DNA from: Desulfotalea psychrophila LSv54
GTDB lineage: Bacteria; Desulfobacterota; Desulfobulbia; Desulfobulbales; Desulfocapsaceae
Assembly (NCBI RefSeq): GCF_000025945.1
Contig: NC_006139.1
Span: forward strand, 89,588-121,587
Length of the DNA: 32,000 bases
Direction: 5' to 3'
Shown here piece by piece: positions 1-9,414 of this stretch (its first letter is position 1; each line of letters begins with the position of its first letter). The notes under the pieces are model-generated. The model saw only the letters and a program-made list of their open reading frames with translations, searched no databases and was not told where the DNA came from. Made by a program: the position numbers and the translations under genes.

Positions 1-887
1 TCATATTTTTTCGGTGTAAAATAAGCCCTTCCACCAGAAGGAGTAAATGTTAATTCTCCAAAATATATTTGTTCACCTGTTGTGTATAAGTCAACGCGTA
101 CAAAAGGAAAACCTTTACTCAATAATTCAGCACATTTTATCATCTCTTTCAAGTTGTCAGGCTTTTCTGCTTTTCCATGATATATAGGTTTTTTTTCGTA
201 TGTAAATGGTAATAAGTTAAAGTTAGTATCATAAAAATTTTTATGATGGTTTGAAAATCTTCCTATATCAACTTGGATATATTTTACCTTAGCGTCAAAA
301 CAAAAGAATTTATAATCTTTTAGTTCATTTCCATTAAAAGGTTTTATGTATTTTTCCGCAATTATACGTGGTTTTATATCTTTATATATGTATTCTCTAC
401 TGTATTTGTAAAAATTCCTATTTAAATATTTTTTAAGCTTTTTTTTCATAGAAAAAATATCAAGAGATGATTTATCCTCACAAATGATAACGCTACCACT
501 ATCATGTGTACACTTTATCACAAATTGTTTTGGTAGCATATCAAAATCTATATCTTCAACATCATCCCAAACACCTATTGTAGGTATAATTTTATCCTTT
601 CCTGTTTTTTCTGATATTATTTTTTTTACATCATATTTATCTACATATTTTGATAGATCCTGATTTCTAATGTTTAATTTTAACCATTGAATTTTTTCAT
701 TAAAAGTTTTAGGCGCTTTTAAATTTATAACTCGGTTCATAGAACAAAAATAGTCTATAATAATAAAAGATTTGTCACTAATCCACGATACTGGAAGTTT
801 TCTCATAATTGTTGGAATAACAACTAATGGCCTAAACCATAATCGTTTTAAAATAGATTTGAACTTTGAAATTAACATTGTTTTCAT
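1..887 (-). CDS. TupA-like ATP-grasp protein (polysaccharide biosynthesis), truncated by the window edge
   Basis: Reverse-strand reading from ATG at 887 is open to base 1: MKTMLISKFKSILKRLWFRP...LKAPKTFNEKIQWLKL...IVCEDK...KPRIIAEKYIKPFNGNELKDYKFFCFDAKVKYIQVD...FVRVDLYTTGEQIYFGELTFTPSGGRAYFTPKKY. The FNEKIQWLK and ELTFTPSGG motifs are typical of this family. It is missing from the ORF track because the stop lies outside the window. Confidence 0.88.
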   Translation of the reverse strand, partial: MKTMLISKFKSILKRLWFRPLVVIPTIMRKLPVSWISDKSFIIIDYFCSMNRVINLKAPKTFNEKIQWLKLNIRNQDLSKYVDKYDVKKIISEKTGKDKIIPTIGVWDDVEDIDFDMLPKQFVIKCTHDSGSVIICEDKSSLDIFSMKKKLKKYLNRNFYKYSREYIYKDIKPRIIAEKYIKPFNGNELKDYKFFCFDAKVKYIQVDIGRFSNHHKNFYDTNFNLLPFTYEKKPIYHGKAEKPDNLKEMIKCAELLSKGFPFVRVDLYTTGEQIYFGELTFTPSGGRAYFTPKKY

Positions 888-900
888 ATATAATATATTT

Positions 901-1983
901 TTATTTATCTTCTTTAAGTAGATCATAATAAATATTTTTCAATTTATTTATTACAATATCTGGATAATAATTTTTAATTATTTCTTTTGATGTTTGGCCA
1001 TATTTATCTATAAGTTCTGGATTGTTAATGAAAAAATCGATTGCCATTTCTATTTTATTTTTGCTTTGAGGTGCAATTAAGAGGCCATTTTTATGTGGAA
1101 TTACAATATCTGGTATTCCACCTACTTTTGTAGCTATTATACAACAATTATAGCTCATTGCTTCTAATATTGATATAGGCATAGCTTCCATATAAGATGG
1201 TAAAATAAAAATATTACACCAATTTAGTAAATTTATTTTTTTAGTTCCAGTTACCCATCCTTTGTATTGAATAATATTTTGTATGTGGTTATTTTTTATT
1301 ATATTGTTTAATTTGTATATTTCTTTATCACCACCAATTTTTAGTGATACGATATCTTTGTATTTAGATTTGTTTTCTATTATTGTTTGCACTAGATCAA
1401 AAATGCCTTTTTGTTTTATGATATTTCCGAGGAATAATAGTCTTATCTTAGGAGCGTATATATGAGTCTTATTGTCTAATACCGGATAGTTTATTATATT
1501 ATTTAATACATATATTTTAGTTTCATCTATACCTAGAGAAACAAACCAGTTTTGCCAATTATTTGATAGTACTATAAGTCTATGGCAAGAATTTAAAGCT
1601 CTAAGAATATTGCATTTATTTCTTGATGAATTGTAAAATTCTATAAATCCTCCTCCGTGAATGTGGATAATTATCTTTTTATTAAATAAATTCCCTAATT
1701 TTATTAATAAAGAAATTCTTTTGAAAGACGAATTAGACGCACTATGAAAATGTAAAATTTTAATTTTTTTTCTGAATACTAAAATGAAAAATAAACAAAC
1801 ATAAGCCTTGATAAAGATCAAAATTTTATATAGTAAGTTACTGTCTGCCCAAGTAGTAATATATTGCAAATGCTCAAAGATTTTATCATAATTTTGAATT
1901 ACTGATGCCATACCGCCTTTAGCATTTTTTTTATAATTTACGCCAATCATTAATACTTTATTTGATAATTTTTTATTAATCAT
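901..1983 (-). CDS. Glycosyltransferase family 4 protein
   Basis: 360 aa ORF; 'HIHGGGFIEFY', 'LLFLGNIIKQKGIFDLV', 'FILPSYMEAMPISILEAMSYNCCIIATKVGGIPDIVIPHKNGLL' match the GT4 catalytic domain. Confidence 0.92.
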   Translation of the reverse strand: MINKKLSNKVLMIGVNYKKNAKGGMASVIQNYDKIFEHLQYITTWADSNLLYKILIFIKAYVCLFFILVFRKKIKILHFHSASNSSFKRISLLIKLGNLFNKKIIIHIHGGGFIEFYNSSRNKCNILRALNSCHRLIVLSNNWQNWFVSLGIDETKIYVLNNIINYPVLDNKTHIYAPKIRLLFLGNIIKQKGIFDLVQTIIENKSKYKDIVSLKIGGDKEIYKLNNIIKNNHIQNIIQYKGWVTGTKKINLLNWCNIFILPSYMEAMPISILEAMSYNCCIIATKVGGIPDIVIPHKNGLLIAPQSKNKIEMAIDFFINNPELIDKYGQTSKEIIKNYYPDIVINKLKNIYYDLLKEDK

Positions 1984-2039
1984 ATTTTTTTTATAAATTT
2001 CTTATCTCCTTAATTTCTTGTACTGAAAAGTAAAGCACA

Positions 2040-2680
2040 AGAAACCTGTCCCTTACGTTGAAGGGAGCATCTGATCGTGCTGGGACGCCTCTTGACAGGC
2101 AACGATTTTGCGATTTTTTGCTCCAGATCTGCCATCAAGGGCTTATCCACTCAAGATAGCGAAGAACCACATCATTTATGCCAAATACAAAACTCCCATA
2201 ATATGGGTCGTGATGTCAAAACGTTGAAGGTGTGGTAGATTGTGATTTTTTTTAAGGTTCTGATATGGCTACATGTCTTGCCGTTTTTGCAGTGGTACTG
2301 ATGAGGTAGGTCGCCATGGGTAGTAATGGAAATCGAAGGTGACTCTGGTACGCATGGAACCACGCTGAGGATTATCAAACCTGCTTTTAGGATTGTTGAC
2401 ACCTTTCGGTATAAGGCTTTTCGGCACCGATGACTTTAACCTGTATCGTGCTGAATCACCTGTTGAAAAGCTGTGGAAAAGTTATGGCCATGAATTGAAC
2501 GACAGAATCTAAATTTGTGAACGAGACTGAAGCGACTCAATCGTAAAACAATCGAATTTTCAAAAAGCACCGAGCTGCATGATAAGGTAATTGCACATAT
2601 CCAACGAAAATTTTACCAAACAACAATTTGGCATCACGACCAGGGGGAAGTTTTCTCAACAACAGATTGGCATCACTACC
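2040..2680. other. Degenerate intergenic stretch between glycosyltransferase genes, possible decayed insertion sequence or gene remnant
   Basis: No intact ORF. Base composition is less AT-rich than the flanking genes. A + strand frame near 2430..2518 ends '...GTDDFNLYRAESPVEKLWKSYGHELNDRI*', which looks like a protein C-terminus. The family is not identifiable by eye. Confidence 0.35.
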
Positions 2681-2686
2681 CTATTT

Positions 2687-3829
2687 CTAAAAAAAATTGA
2701 AAATAAATTGGTAGGGCGCTATTTCCATACGACATCTATAGATTGTGACATAATAGTATGCTATACAAGAGATTAAGACGTAAATACAAAACACCCTAAG
2801 TAAAATATTATTCCTACTTTTAAAAATGAAATGGAAAAGCGTCGCATATATATAAAACCTATAAAACACAAAATAGCTGGCCAGCCTAACTCCCGTTTCG
2901 TGGCTTAACAAAATGGGATGCAAGATAATTCCTATATAGTATAAATTGTAAAATAAAATAAATCCATTTTTATTATAATTAGATTTAAGTAAGGGGCTAA
3001 AATAAATTGCTACCGTATCAACTACAATTAACAATAACACAAATAAACCAGTTGAATTTGCTTCAGAATAGTTCCGAGCAGTCTTTGCAAGAACATAGTC
3101 TATATTTCTAATATAATAGTTATACTGTCCTAAGTTTAAAAACGAAAGTCTATCGGTCAAAAGGCTTAGAATATTATTAAAGAAAAAATTTCCACATGTT
3201 AAGCAAATGAAAAAAAGAACAAGTTGCAATTTTACTGATTTTAAAATATCTCGTTGAACAATAAAGAGTAAAGGCAGGACAATTATGCCAGCTTTGTGAA
3301 TAACTAGTGCAAATATAAAATGAAACGAAAATGATATATAGTCCTTCTTTAAGAACTTTGTGATGGAATAAAAAATTATGAAGCTGGCAGCTGTTTGTCG
3401 CATAATATTCAACGACAAGAAAAAAATTCCTAATCCAAAAAAGAAGAAAAAGCACCAAACTACGATATGGATATTTTCTTTCATGATTTGAAGGAAATAC
3501 CAAATAGTTATAAATGCCAAAAATAGAATAAACCAATTATATCCATAATTATTAACAATTGGGAGAAAAAGGTAGTAGATCAGGTCTTTTGTTAAAAAAT
3601 TGTTACTACTCTCTACAAGCAAAAAATGATATTTGTACGAAAGGTAATCAATGCCGACATTTTCTCTTGTTCCAATTGTTAAAGTATAAAATAAAGTGAT
3701 CATATACCAAATAGGCCAAATCTCATTATTTTCTATAACATTGGAGTTGCGATTGATTTTGACTGATAAGCGCATCAAGCTCATCGTAAATACAAAAACT
3801 AAAGTATATATTGTGTATGCAAGTAACAT
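2687..3829 (-). CDS. EpsG/Wzy-like multi-pass membrane protein (putative polysaccharide polymerase)
   Basis: 380 aa, strongly hydrophobic; 'TIGTRENVGIDYLSYKYHF' matches the N-terminal motif of EpsG-family proteins (GxxxGxDYxxY); located inside the glycosyltransferase cluster. Confidence 0.75.
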   Translation of the reverse strand: MLLAYTIYTLVFVFTMSLMRLSVKINRNSNVIENNEIWPIWYMITLFYTLTIGTRENVGIDYLSYKYHFLLVESSNNFLTKDLIYYLFLPIVNNYGYNWFILFLAFITIWYFLQIMKENIHIVVWCFFFFFGLGIFFLSLNIMRQTAASFIIFYSITKFLKKDYISFSFHFIFALVIHKAGIIVLPLLFIVQRDILKSVKLQLVLFFICLTCGNFFFNNILSLLTDRLSFLNLGQYNYYIRNIDYVLAKTARNYSEANSTGLFVLLLIVVDTVAIYFSPLLKSNYNKNGFILFYNLYYIGIILHPILLSHETGVRLASYFVFYRFYIYATLFHFIFKSRNNILLRVFCIYVLISCIAYYYVTIYRCRMEIAPYQFIFNFF

Positions 3830-3840
3830 TGATAGAAAGT

Positions 3841-4989
3841 TTATAACTTTATATTGTTAATAAGTGATTGATAAACATCGACTGTTAAATCTCCAATTAT
3901 ATTCCAATTTAGTTCAGAATATAACTTTTTATGTCCTGCCTCACCAAAACGCTCTCTTTTTTCTTTACATATTAAAAGATCACATAATGCATTGGCAAGT
4001 TCGTTTACATTTTCTTTTTCAACTAATATTCCTGTTTTAAGATGATCTACAACCTCAGAGATAGCCCCCACATTACTAGCCACGACAGCTTTTTTAAAAT
4101 CATATGCTATAGGGATAATACCACTTTGACTTGCCTCTCTATACGGCAGGACAATCACACTTGCTTCTTGAAATAATTGAGAAATTTCTTCATCTGGGAT
4201 GAATTTGTTAATGATCTTATATTTATTATAGTCAGTAATTAATTTTTCATATTCTCCAAATTTTGAACATCTTCCAGCAACTATGATTTTGAGATTTTGT
4301 ATTTTCTTGGAAATTAAAGGCTCCGCTTTTATGAGAATATCTAGACCTTTATAGTGATGTATTCTCCCAAAGAATAGAATTGTATTTTCTTGTTCTTTGT
4401 AAAAATTACTATTCTTTAATCTATAGTAAGTTAGTGGCCCATGCGGGATTACATGAATTTGCTGATTTTCTATCCATGGATGTTTGTCGAGTAACTCATT
4501 TTTTAAAATCTCGCCATGAACTATAAACTTGTGTGACATTTTTCTCAAAATATGTTGAGTAATTTCAATCCACTTTTTTTCTTCTCCTATGTGAGATTTA
4601 ACATCATGTACTGTAATAACTATACCGTACTTTCGAAAAAGTAACCTCAGCGGAATAAACCAAACATGCTCTCCTTGAAAATGGATAATATCAGGTTTAA
4701 ATGATTTTACTTCAAAAAATATTTTAATAATTAAAATAATGTTTTTTAGCATATTTCGGATACGTGGCTTATGGAATTTAATAAAATCACCATGGAATCC
4801 GGCCTTATGCGATGAATCCATTAAATTACTATTATTAGAAACAAAAATGAACTTTTTTGATACTTTATCGCTAAGTCCTTCAGCCAATCCTAAAACATAT
4901 TCATCAAAATGGTACGATATATGTACAATCCGCATAATCCTTTTTCCATTATATTGCCAATAAATTAGTTTGTAGTTTGCACAAGACAT
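3841..4989 (-). CDS. Glycosyltransferase family 4 protein
   Basis: 382 aa ORF; 'DIIHFQGEHVWFIPLRLLFRKYGIVITVHDV', 'ILFFGRIHHYKGLDILIKA', 'LFQEASVIVLPYREASQSGIIPIAYDFKKAVVASNVGAISEVVDHLKTGILVE'. Confidence 0.93.
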   Translation of the reverse strand: MSCANYKLIYWQYNGKRIMRIVHISYHFDEYVLGLAEGLSDKVSKKFIFVSNNSNLMDSSHKAGFHGDFIKFHKPRIRNMLKNIILIIKIFFEVKSFKPDIIHFQGEHVWFIPLRLLFRKYGIVITVHDVKSHIGEEKKWIEITQHILRKMSHKFIVHGEILKNELLDKHPWIENQQIHVIPHGPLTYYRLKNSNFYKEQENTILFFGRIHHYKGLDILIKAEPLISKKIQNLKIIVAGRCSKFGEYEKLITDYNKYKIINKFIPDEEISQLFQEASVIVLPYREASQSGIIPIAYDFKKAVVASNVGAISEVVDHLKTGILVEKENVNELANALCDLLICKEKRERFGEAGHKKLYSELNWNIIGDLTVDVYQSLINNIKL

Positions 4990-5090
4990 TCATACCGTTT
5001 TCACAGTGACAAAAAAACCAATGAACTCTCATGTAAATTCAACCGAAAATACAAAATTAATAAAAAATTTATTATATGAGATATAAACCT

Positions 5091-6173
5091 TCACTCCAAC
5101 GTCCCCAAACATCTAAGAAATACATCAGATTTAATCCTCTCTTGCTGGATTATTTTATTTACTTTATCCCAATCAATTGAGCTTTTTATTATATCACTTG
5201 AGAAATCAGTAAGGTCAAAAACCAACCTATCATTTAAACCAAATATGTTTAGTAATGAATTAAATCTAGTATACCCTCTTTTTTTATTTGCATAAGCGAT
5301 AAATGGCTTATTAAAGATAATAGAAAATACAACTCCATGAAATGAGTCAGTAAATACAAAGTCTGCATCGTTAAAACCATTAATCCAACTATAAACCGAC
5401 CGGTAGTGAAAAAAAGACCAAAACAGTACTCGTTTCTCCAACTTCCTACCTACAGTAAAGGAATCCTTTTGCAAAATTTCACACACTTTTCTCGATAATT
5501 CGCTGTATGCAGGATTATCGTCTAAAAGATAGTGCAATACCTTCCCTTGATTATTTTCCTCCTGCACGTGCAAGCTACGGTACTCATCAGCATGCAGCAA
5601 AAAAGCAGGATCAAGCACCAGTTCCGCTTTAAAATTGAGATGATCTGCGCACAATTGGATCCCAGAATCTTCCCGCACAGAAACAGCAGTGAATCGATTT
5701 AATAATTGTTTTATATTTTCAGTTTCTTGCTCGTCTATCGTCCATTTGTCAATGCCGAAAGAGGCAGCAAAGGATAGTAATGTTTTATTGGAACTCGCTA
5801 CGAAGTCAAAAAAATATTCTTTTTTACTATCCTTAGTATAATCGAAACGCCAGACCTGATCGCTACCAACAATGAATGCATCAAAAGAATAATCAATACA
5901 ATTATAATCTTTTCTGCATGTAATTGGTTTTGTAAGTTTCATATTGCTGTATTCAAACTCTTTCATTGCAGAGTAATCAATAATTATTGGACAAAACCCT
6001 ATCATCTTCTTAACTAAATTTTTAAAATTTTGAAAATTTGATATTTGACTTGAAACCCTTTGAATAACTAAGACATCATGCCCTTGCTTTTTCAAATATG
6101 TCTGCAGTGCGTATGATTGCAATAATCCGCCATAATTGTTATTAAAGGGTAGCGTTAATATTCCTACTTTCAT
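5091..6173 (-). CDS. Polysaccharide pyruvyl transferase family protein
   Basis: 360 aa ORF; 'MKVGILTLPFNNNYGGLLQSYALQTYLKKQGHDV', 'DAFIVGSDQVWR', 'DFVFTDSFHGVVFSIIFNKPFIAYANKKRGYTRFNSLL' are hallmark motifs. Confidence 0.93.
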   Translation of the reverse strand: MKVGILTLPFNNNYGGLLQSYALQTYLKKQGHDVLVIQRVSSQISNFQNFKNLVKKMIGFCPIIIDYSAMKEFEYSNMKLTKPITCRKDYNCIDYSFDAFIVGSDQVWRFDYTKDSKKEYFFDFVASSNKTLLSFAASFGIDKWTIDEQETENIKQLLNRFTAVSVREDSGIQLCADHLNFKAELVLDPAFLLHADEYRSLHVQEENNQGKVLHYLLDDNPAYSELSRKVCEILQKDSFTVGRKLEKRVLFWSFFHYRSVYSWINGFNDADFVFTDSFHGVVFSIIFNKPFIAYANKKRGYTRFNSLLNIFGLNDRLVFDLTDFSSDIIKSSIDWDKVNKIIQQERIKSDVFLRCLGTLE

Positions 6174-6253
6174 TAAATTCCTTACAGTTTTCTGTATAAG
6201 TTCCGAAATTTTACTAAAAAAATTTGATTACCACTAATGTTCAGCTAGTACAG

Positions 6254-7212
6254 GGCCTTGTTGCACAAATAGAAGTTGCTGACGCTGCTCGATGATGTTT
6301 TCTTGCAACATGGAGCATTGGAGGAGTTATGGGAGACAGTAGGAGAAAGATCAAAAACTGGCCGGAGTGGGGCACTAAAGCAATAGCTGTGACGTTTTGG
6401 GTGGACAAGAAAGCGATTGAAAGTTGGTACAGTACGACTGTATCAGAGCAGCGTGGCCGTGTCGCAAGTACGCGGATGATGCACGACCTGTTTGATGTGG
6501 AACCATTTATGGACTGTCTCTCAAGGGTACAGAAGGTTTTCTAAATTCACTTTTTGAACTGATGGATATCGACCTCCAGCCGCCTGATACACCTGTCAGT
6601 AGACGTGCACGAACTGTTGAGATGAATTGCAGGTTGCCAAGTCGTGGGACGATTAAGCATATCGATTCGACTGGGTGTAAACCATGGAGAAGGAGAGTGG
6701 AGCGTCAGAAAACACGGGGCTTCCAAACGTAGAACCTGGCGTAAAAGTCACCTTGCAATCGATACCGAGACTGATCGCCTAAGTGGTGAAATTTCTATGG
6801 AGTGAGTTCATGATTCCAAGGTATTGGGACCTCTTCGTCATCGCATTGAACAGATATCGGATGATGGCGCCGGACACGAAGGATTGCTATGCCGTGGCCA
6901 AGAAAAAAGGATCAGTTGCGACTATACCTCCACGGAAAAATGCTGACATGTGGGAGGATGGGCACCCACAAAATGATGCGGTAAAAGCACAGGGTGTCAT
7001 CAAAGGTCTCTTGCTGAAACGGCGATGTATCGCTACAAACAGTTGATCAGTGGCAAATTAAGCCTCCGCGAGGAGGCAAGCAGGTAGGGCTGCGATCAAG
7101 GCTTTGAACAAAATTAATACGTTAGGGATGCCTGTTCGAGAGGGCGTTTGCTAAGATGAAATGAAGCAGAGAGGGACTGATTTCCTTCTCTCATGATTTA
7201 TGCAACAAGGTC
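6254..7212 (+). mobile_element. Degenerate IS5-family insertion sequence with both terminal inverted repeats retained
   Basis: Left end GGCCTTGTTGCACAAAT (6254..6270). The right end ATTTATGCAACAAGGTC (7196..7212) reverse-complements to GACCTTGTTGCATAAAT. Between them, fragments read 'SRRKIKNWPEWGTKAIAVTFWVDKKAIESWYST', 'GFLNSLFELMDIDLQPPDTPVSRRART', 'IKHIDSTGCK', 'GEGEWSVRKHGASKRRTWRKSHLAIDTETD', 'IPPRKNADMWEDGHPQNDAV', interrupted by stops and frameshifts. Confidence 0.85.
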
Positions 7213-7224
7213 TCACCGAGACAC

Positions 7225-7665
7225 TTTCTATCATCTTGAGCTCAACCATTTTTCCCGCCAATAGCCGCATAGCCCAGCGCTCTCCACCCTCTGAGATTTC
7301 TGAACACGCAAGCGCTAATAGATGAGCTTCAAACTCTCCGCCAAAGTGAATTTTCCTGGGTGGGGTTAATCGTTTCTTACGCTCAATAGCAGCTGTAACT
7401 CCCTGCTCAACTCATATATTCTAGACTACGAGTTGTGACGTCCCAAGCGCTTCTGCAACTTTGCTACAACCCATTTTGGCCCATATTCATCAGCATCAAG
7501 CACTAGGAGTGCTCTTGCATATAAAACGGTTCGAGCAGCTCTTCTCCCCTTTGTCGAAATAGCTTCCGGATCTTTGCGTTCTTCCTCAGTCAGTGTCACT
7601 CGATAATGTGGTGCCATCTCTTCCTCCAATTGATTATAATTATGGAGGATTATACAAGAAAACAA
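7225..7665 (-). pseudogene. Truncated and frameshifted IS630-family transposase
   Basis: N-terminus 'MAPHYRVTLTEEERKDPEAISTKGRRAARTVLYARALLVLDADEYGPKWVVAKLQKRLG', then in another frame 'VAEALGTSQLV...IERKKRLTPPRKIHFGGEFEAHLLALACSEISEGGERWAMRLLAGKMVEL', after which homology stops. The catalytic part is missing. Confidence 0.8.
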
Positions 7666-7705
7666 ATAAACAGCGAACAGTTAAAGCTTACTGTGTACTA
7701 GGTGG

Positions 7706-9250
7706 CTATGCCTTATTCAAAAGCAAAGATGCTTTACCCACTAGCCGTTTACCTGCCCTGCAAGCAAAGCCCCGCTCCGAGTCATCCAGTGCCCATAACC
7801 AACTGGCCAGCAAAGAAACTACAATACAAACTGCCGTGGTTAAAACCAATCGGCTAAAAGACGGTGACAAAAGACAACGGGACAGCAGGGCGCTGAGGGT
7901 GGCGGCAGTGGCAACCATGCCGCAGGGTATGAGGACTGACGTGAGCCATTTGGTGACCGGCATGCCGAGCAGCCTTTGACCCCATAGAACCCTGCCCAGA
8001 GAACAAACAGTCATGGTGATGATAAATGCCACCCCAACGCTTGTGGGCGGATAGCCGAGTTTAAGAAAGAGCCAGGCCAGGGGCAGGGTTAGAACCAGGC
8101 TTGTGCCAAGGGTTGCCTGGTAGACGGCGATCCTGCCGTGGGCATTTATGGCAAGCATATATCCCGAGGTCAGGCGATCGATCAGAAAAGTGGTCAGGAT
8201 CAAGCGGCAGAACATGGCGGTATATTCCGGGGGCTGACGGAGCCAGAGTTTCAGTACGTATTCCATTTCAGTCATTAGGGGAATGGCGAACAGGAGGATG
8301 AGGATTGTGGCGAATTTGGTGGATCGAAGGGATAACGACAGCATCCGTTCACGATCACCCCGCCCCTCGCAGGAAGTGATCTCCGGGGAAAATGCACCCA
8401 TCATGGCAGCGGAAAGTTGGTTGGTTTGGGCGGAAACCTGATTGGCGATAGCGTAGGCAGCATTAACCTTGGCACCGAAAAATATATTCAGCAAAATAGC
8501 CGAGCCTTGATTACGAAGCAATGCTCCAAGGCAGCCGATTAGATTCCAGATGGCGAATGAAAAAATTTCCTTCAGCCGTTTTTTATCGAACCAATACCGC
8601 CTTTCCACAGCACATTCCCTGAAAAGAAAAAGAGCTCGGAATATCTGGCAGGATTGCACAAAGACAGGAATCATTGCCATCCCGCCAGCATACCATAAGA
8701 GGCGGTCACCCGAAGCCTGGGTCAGAAAAAATGCAAGGATAAAGGTTAAAACGGATTGAACCATTCCCCAACTGGCAATTTCAGGCATATGCTGTTTGGC
8801 GGTGAACATGGCGATAAACGGTACGGAGACCATGCCAAAAAAGGTGGAGACCAGCGAAATGCGAAAAACCCATAGGCAGGCGCTTATGCGGTCTGCCGGA
8901 ATGGTAAGATAGTTTGCAATGACATATTCGCCGAGGGGCCACCCGGTCAGGATCAAACCCGTTGCAAGACAGAGATGAATACTGAATGCAGCGTTGAACC
9001 AGCGCTTCACCTCTTCAGGATTCCCTTGCCCCATGGCATAGGCAAAGTGTCGGGAGGCACTTGCTGCCATGACCGAGTTCAGAAAAGAGATGAAAATAAT
9101 GAGGGAACCGACAACCGTAAAAAGGCCGAAATCAGTTTGCCCCAGAGCATTCAGCACCCAGCGACTGCTAAACAGCGCCAGGCCGATGGCGAAAACAGAA
9201 CGGGTATATGTAGCTGCCGTGTTGATAATAATACGATGCGAGGGATTCAT
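7706..9250 (-). CDS. Polysaccharide flippase (Wzx/oligosaccharide translocase-like, MOP superfamily)
   Basis: 514 aa with about 12-14 hydrophobic segments; 'ALGQTDFGLFTVVGSLIIFISFLNSVMAASASRHFAYAMGQG', 'ANQVSAQTNQLSAAMMGAFSPEITSCEGRGDRERM'. Confidence 0.85.
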   Translation of the reverse strand: MNPSHRIIINTAATYTRSVFAIGLALFSSRWVLNALGQTDFGLFTVVGSLIIFISFLNSVMAASASRHFAYAMGQGNPEEVKRWFNAAFSIHLCLATGLILTGWPLGEYVIANYLTIPADRISACLWVFRISLVSTFFGMVSVPFIAMFTAKQHMPEIASWGMVQSVLTFILAFFLTQASGDRLLWYAGGMAMIPVFVQSCQIFRALFLFRECAVERRYWFDKKRLKEIFSFAIWNLIGCLGALLRNQGSAILLNIFFGAKVNAAYAIANQVSAQTNQLSAAMMGAFSPEITSCEGRGDRERMLSLSLRSTKFATILILLFAIPLMTEMEYVLKLWLRQPPEYTAMFCRLILTTFLIDRLTSGYMLAINAHGRIAVYQATLGTSLVLTLPLAWLFLKLGYPPTSVGVAFIITMTVCSLGRVLWGQRLLGMPVTKWLTSVLIPCGMVATAATLSALLSRCLLSPSFSRLVLTTAVCIVVSLLASWLWALDDSERGFACRAGKRLVGKASLLLNKA

Positions 9251-9414
9251 ACGTGGTATTTTGCCCGTTTATCAAAATAAAATCACGAAGGTGGGAGGTG
9301 CTATTTTCCGCTCAAAGATACAATGGTCCTTTCCGTCGTTGCCATGCGACACCGACTCTTTCCGCATGCCTGAAGAATAGTGCTGCGCATATTCTCAACC
9401 GCAGCCGCCAAAAT

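Noticed and set aside
2591-2776. 61-aa + strand ORF overlapping the EpsG-like gene's 3' end
   Set aside because: It is created by the local duplicated motif and AT-rich sequence, has no family similarity, and overlaps a convincing opposite-strand gene.
7593-7979. 128-aa + strand ORF overlapping the flippase 3' end
   Set aside because: Mostly antisense to the flippase coding sequence with no similarity; judged a shadow ORF, like the other short antisense ORFs at 8101, 8550, 8975, 9069, 9253, 9797, 10225, 12109, 12263, 13212, 14700, 14882, 15374, 15900, 18190, 24725, 24973 and 26859.
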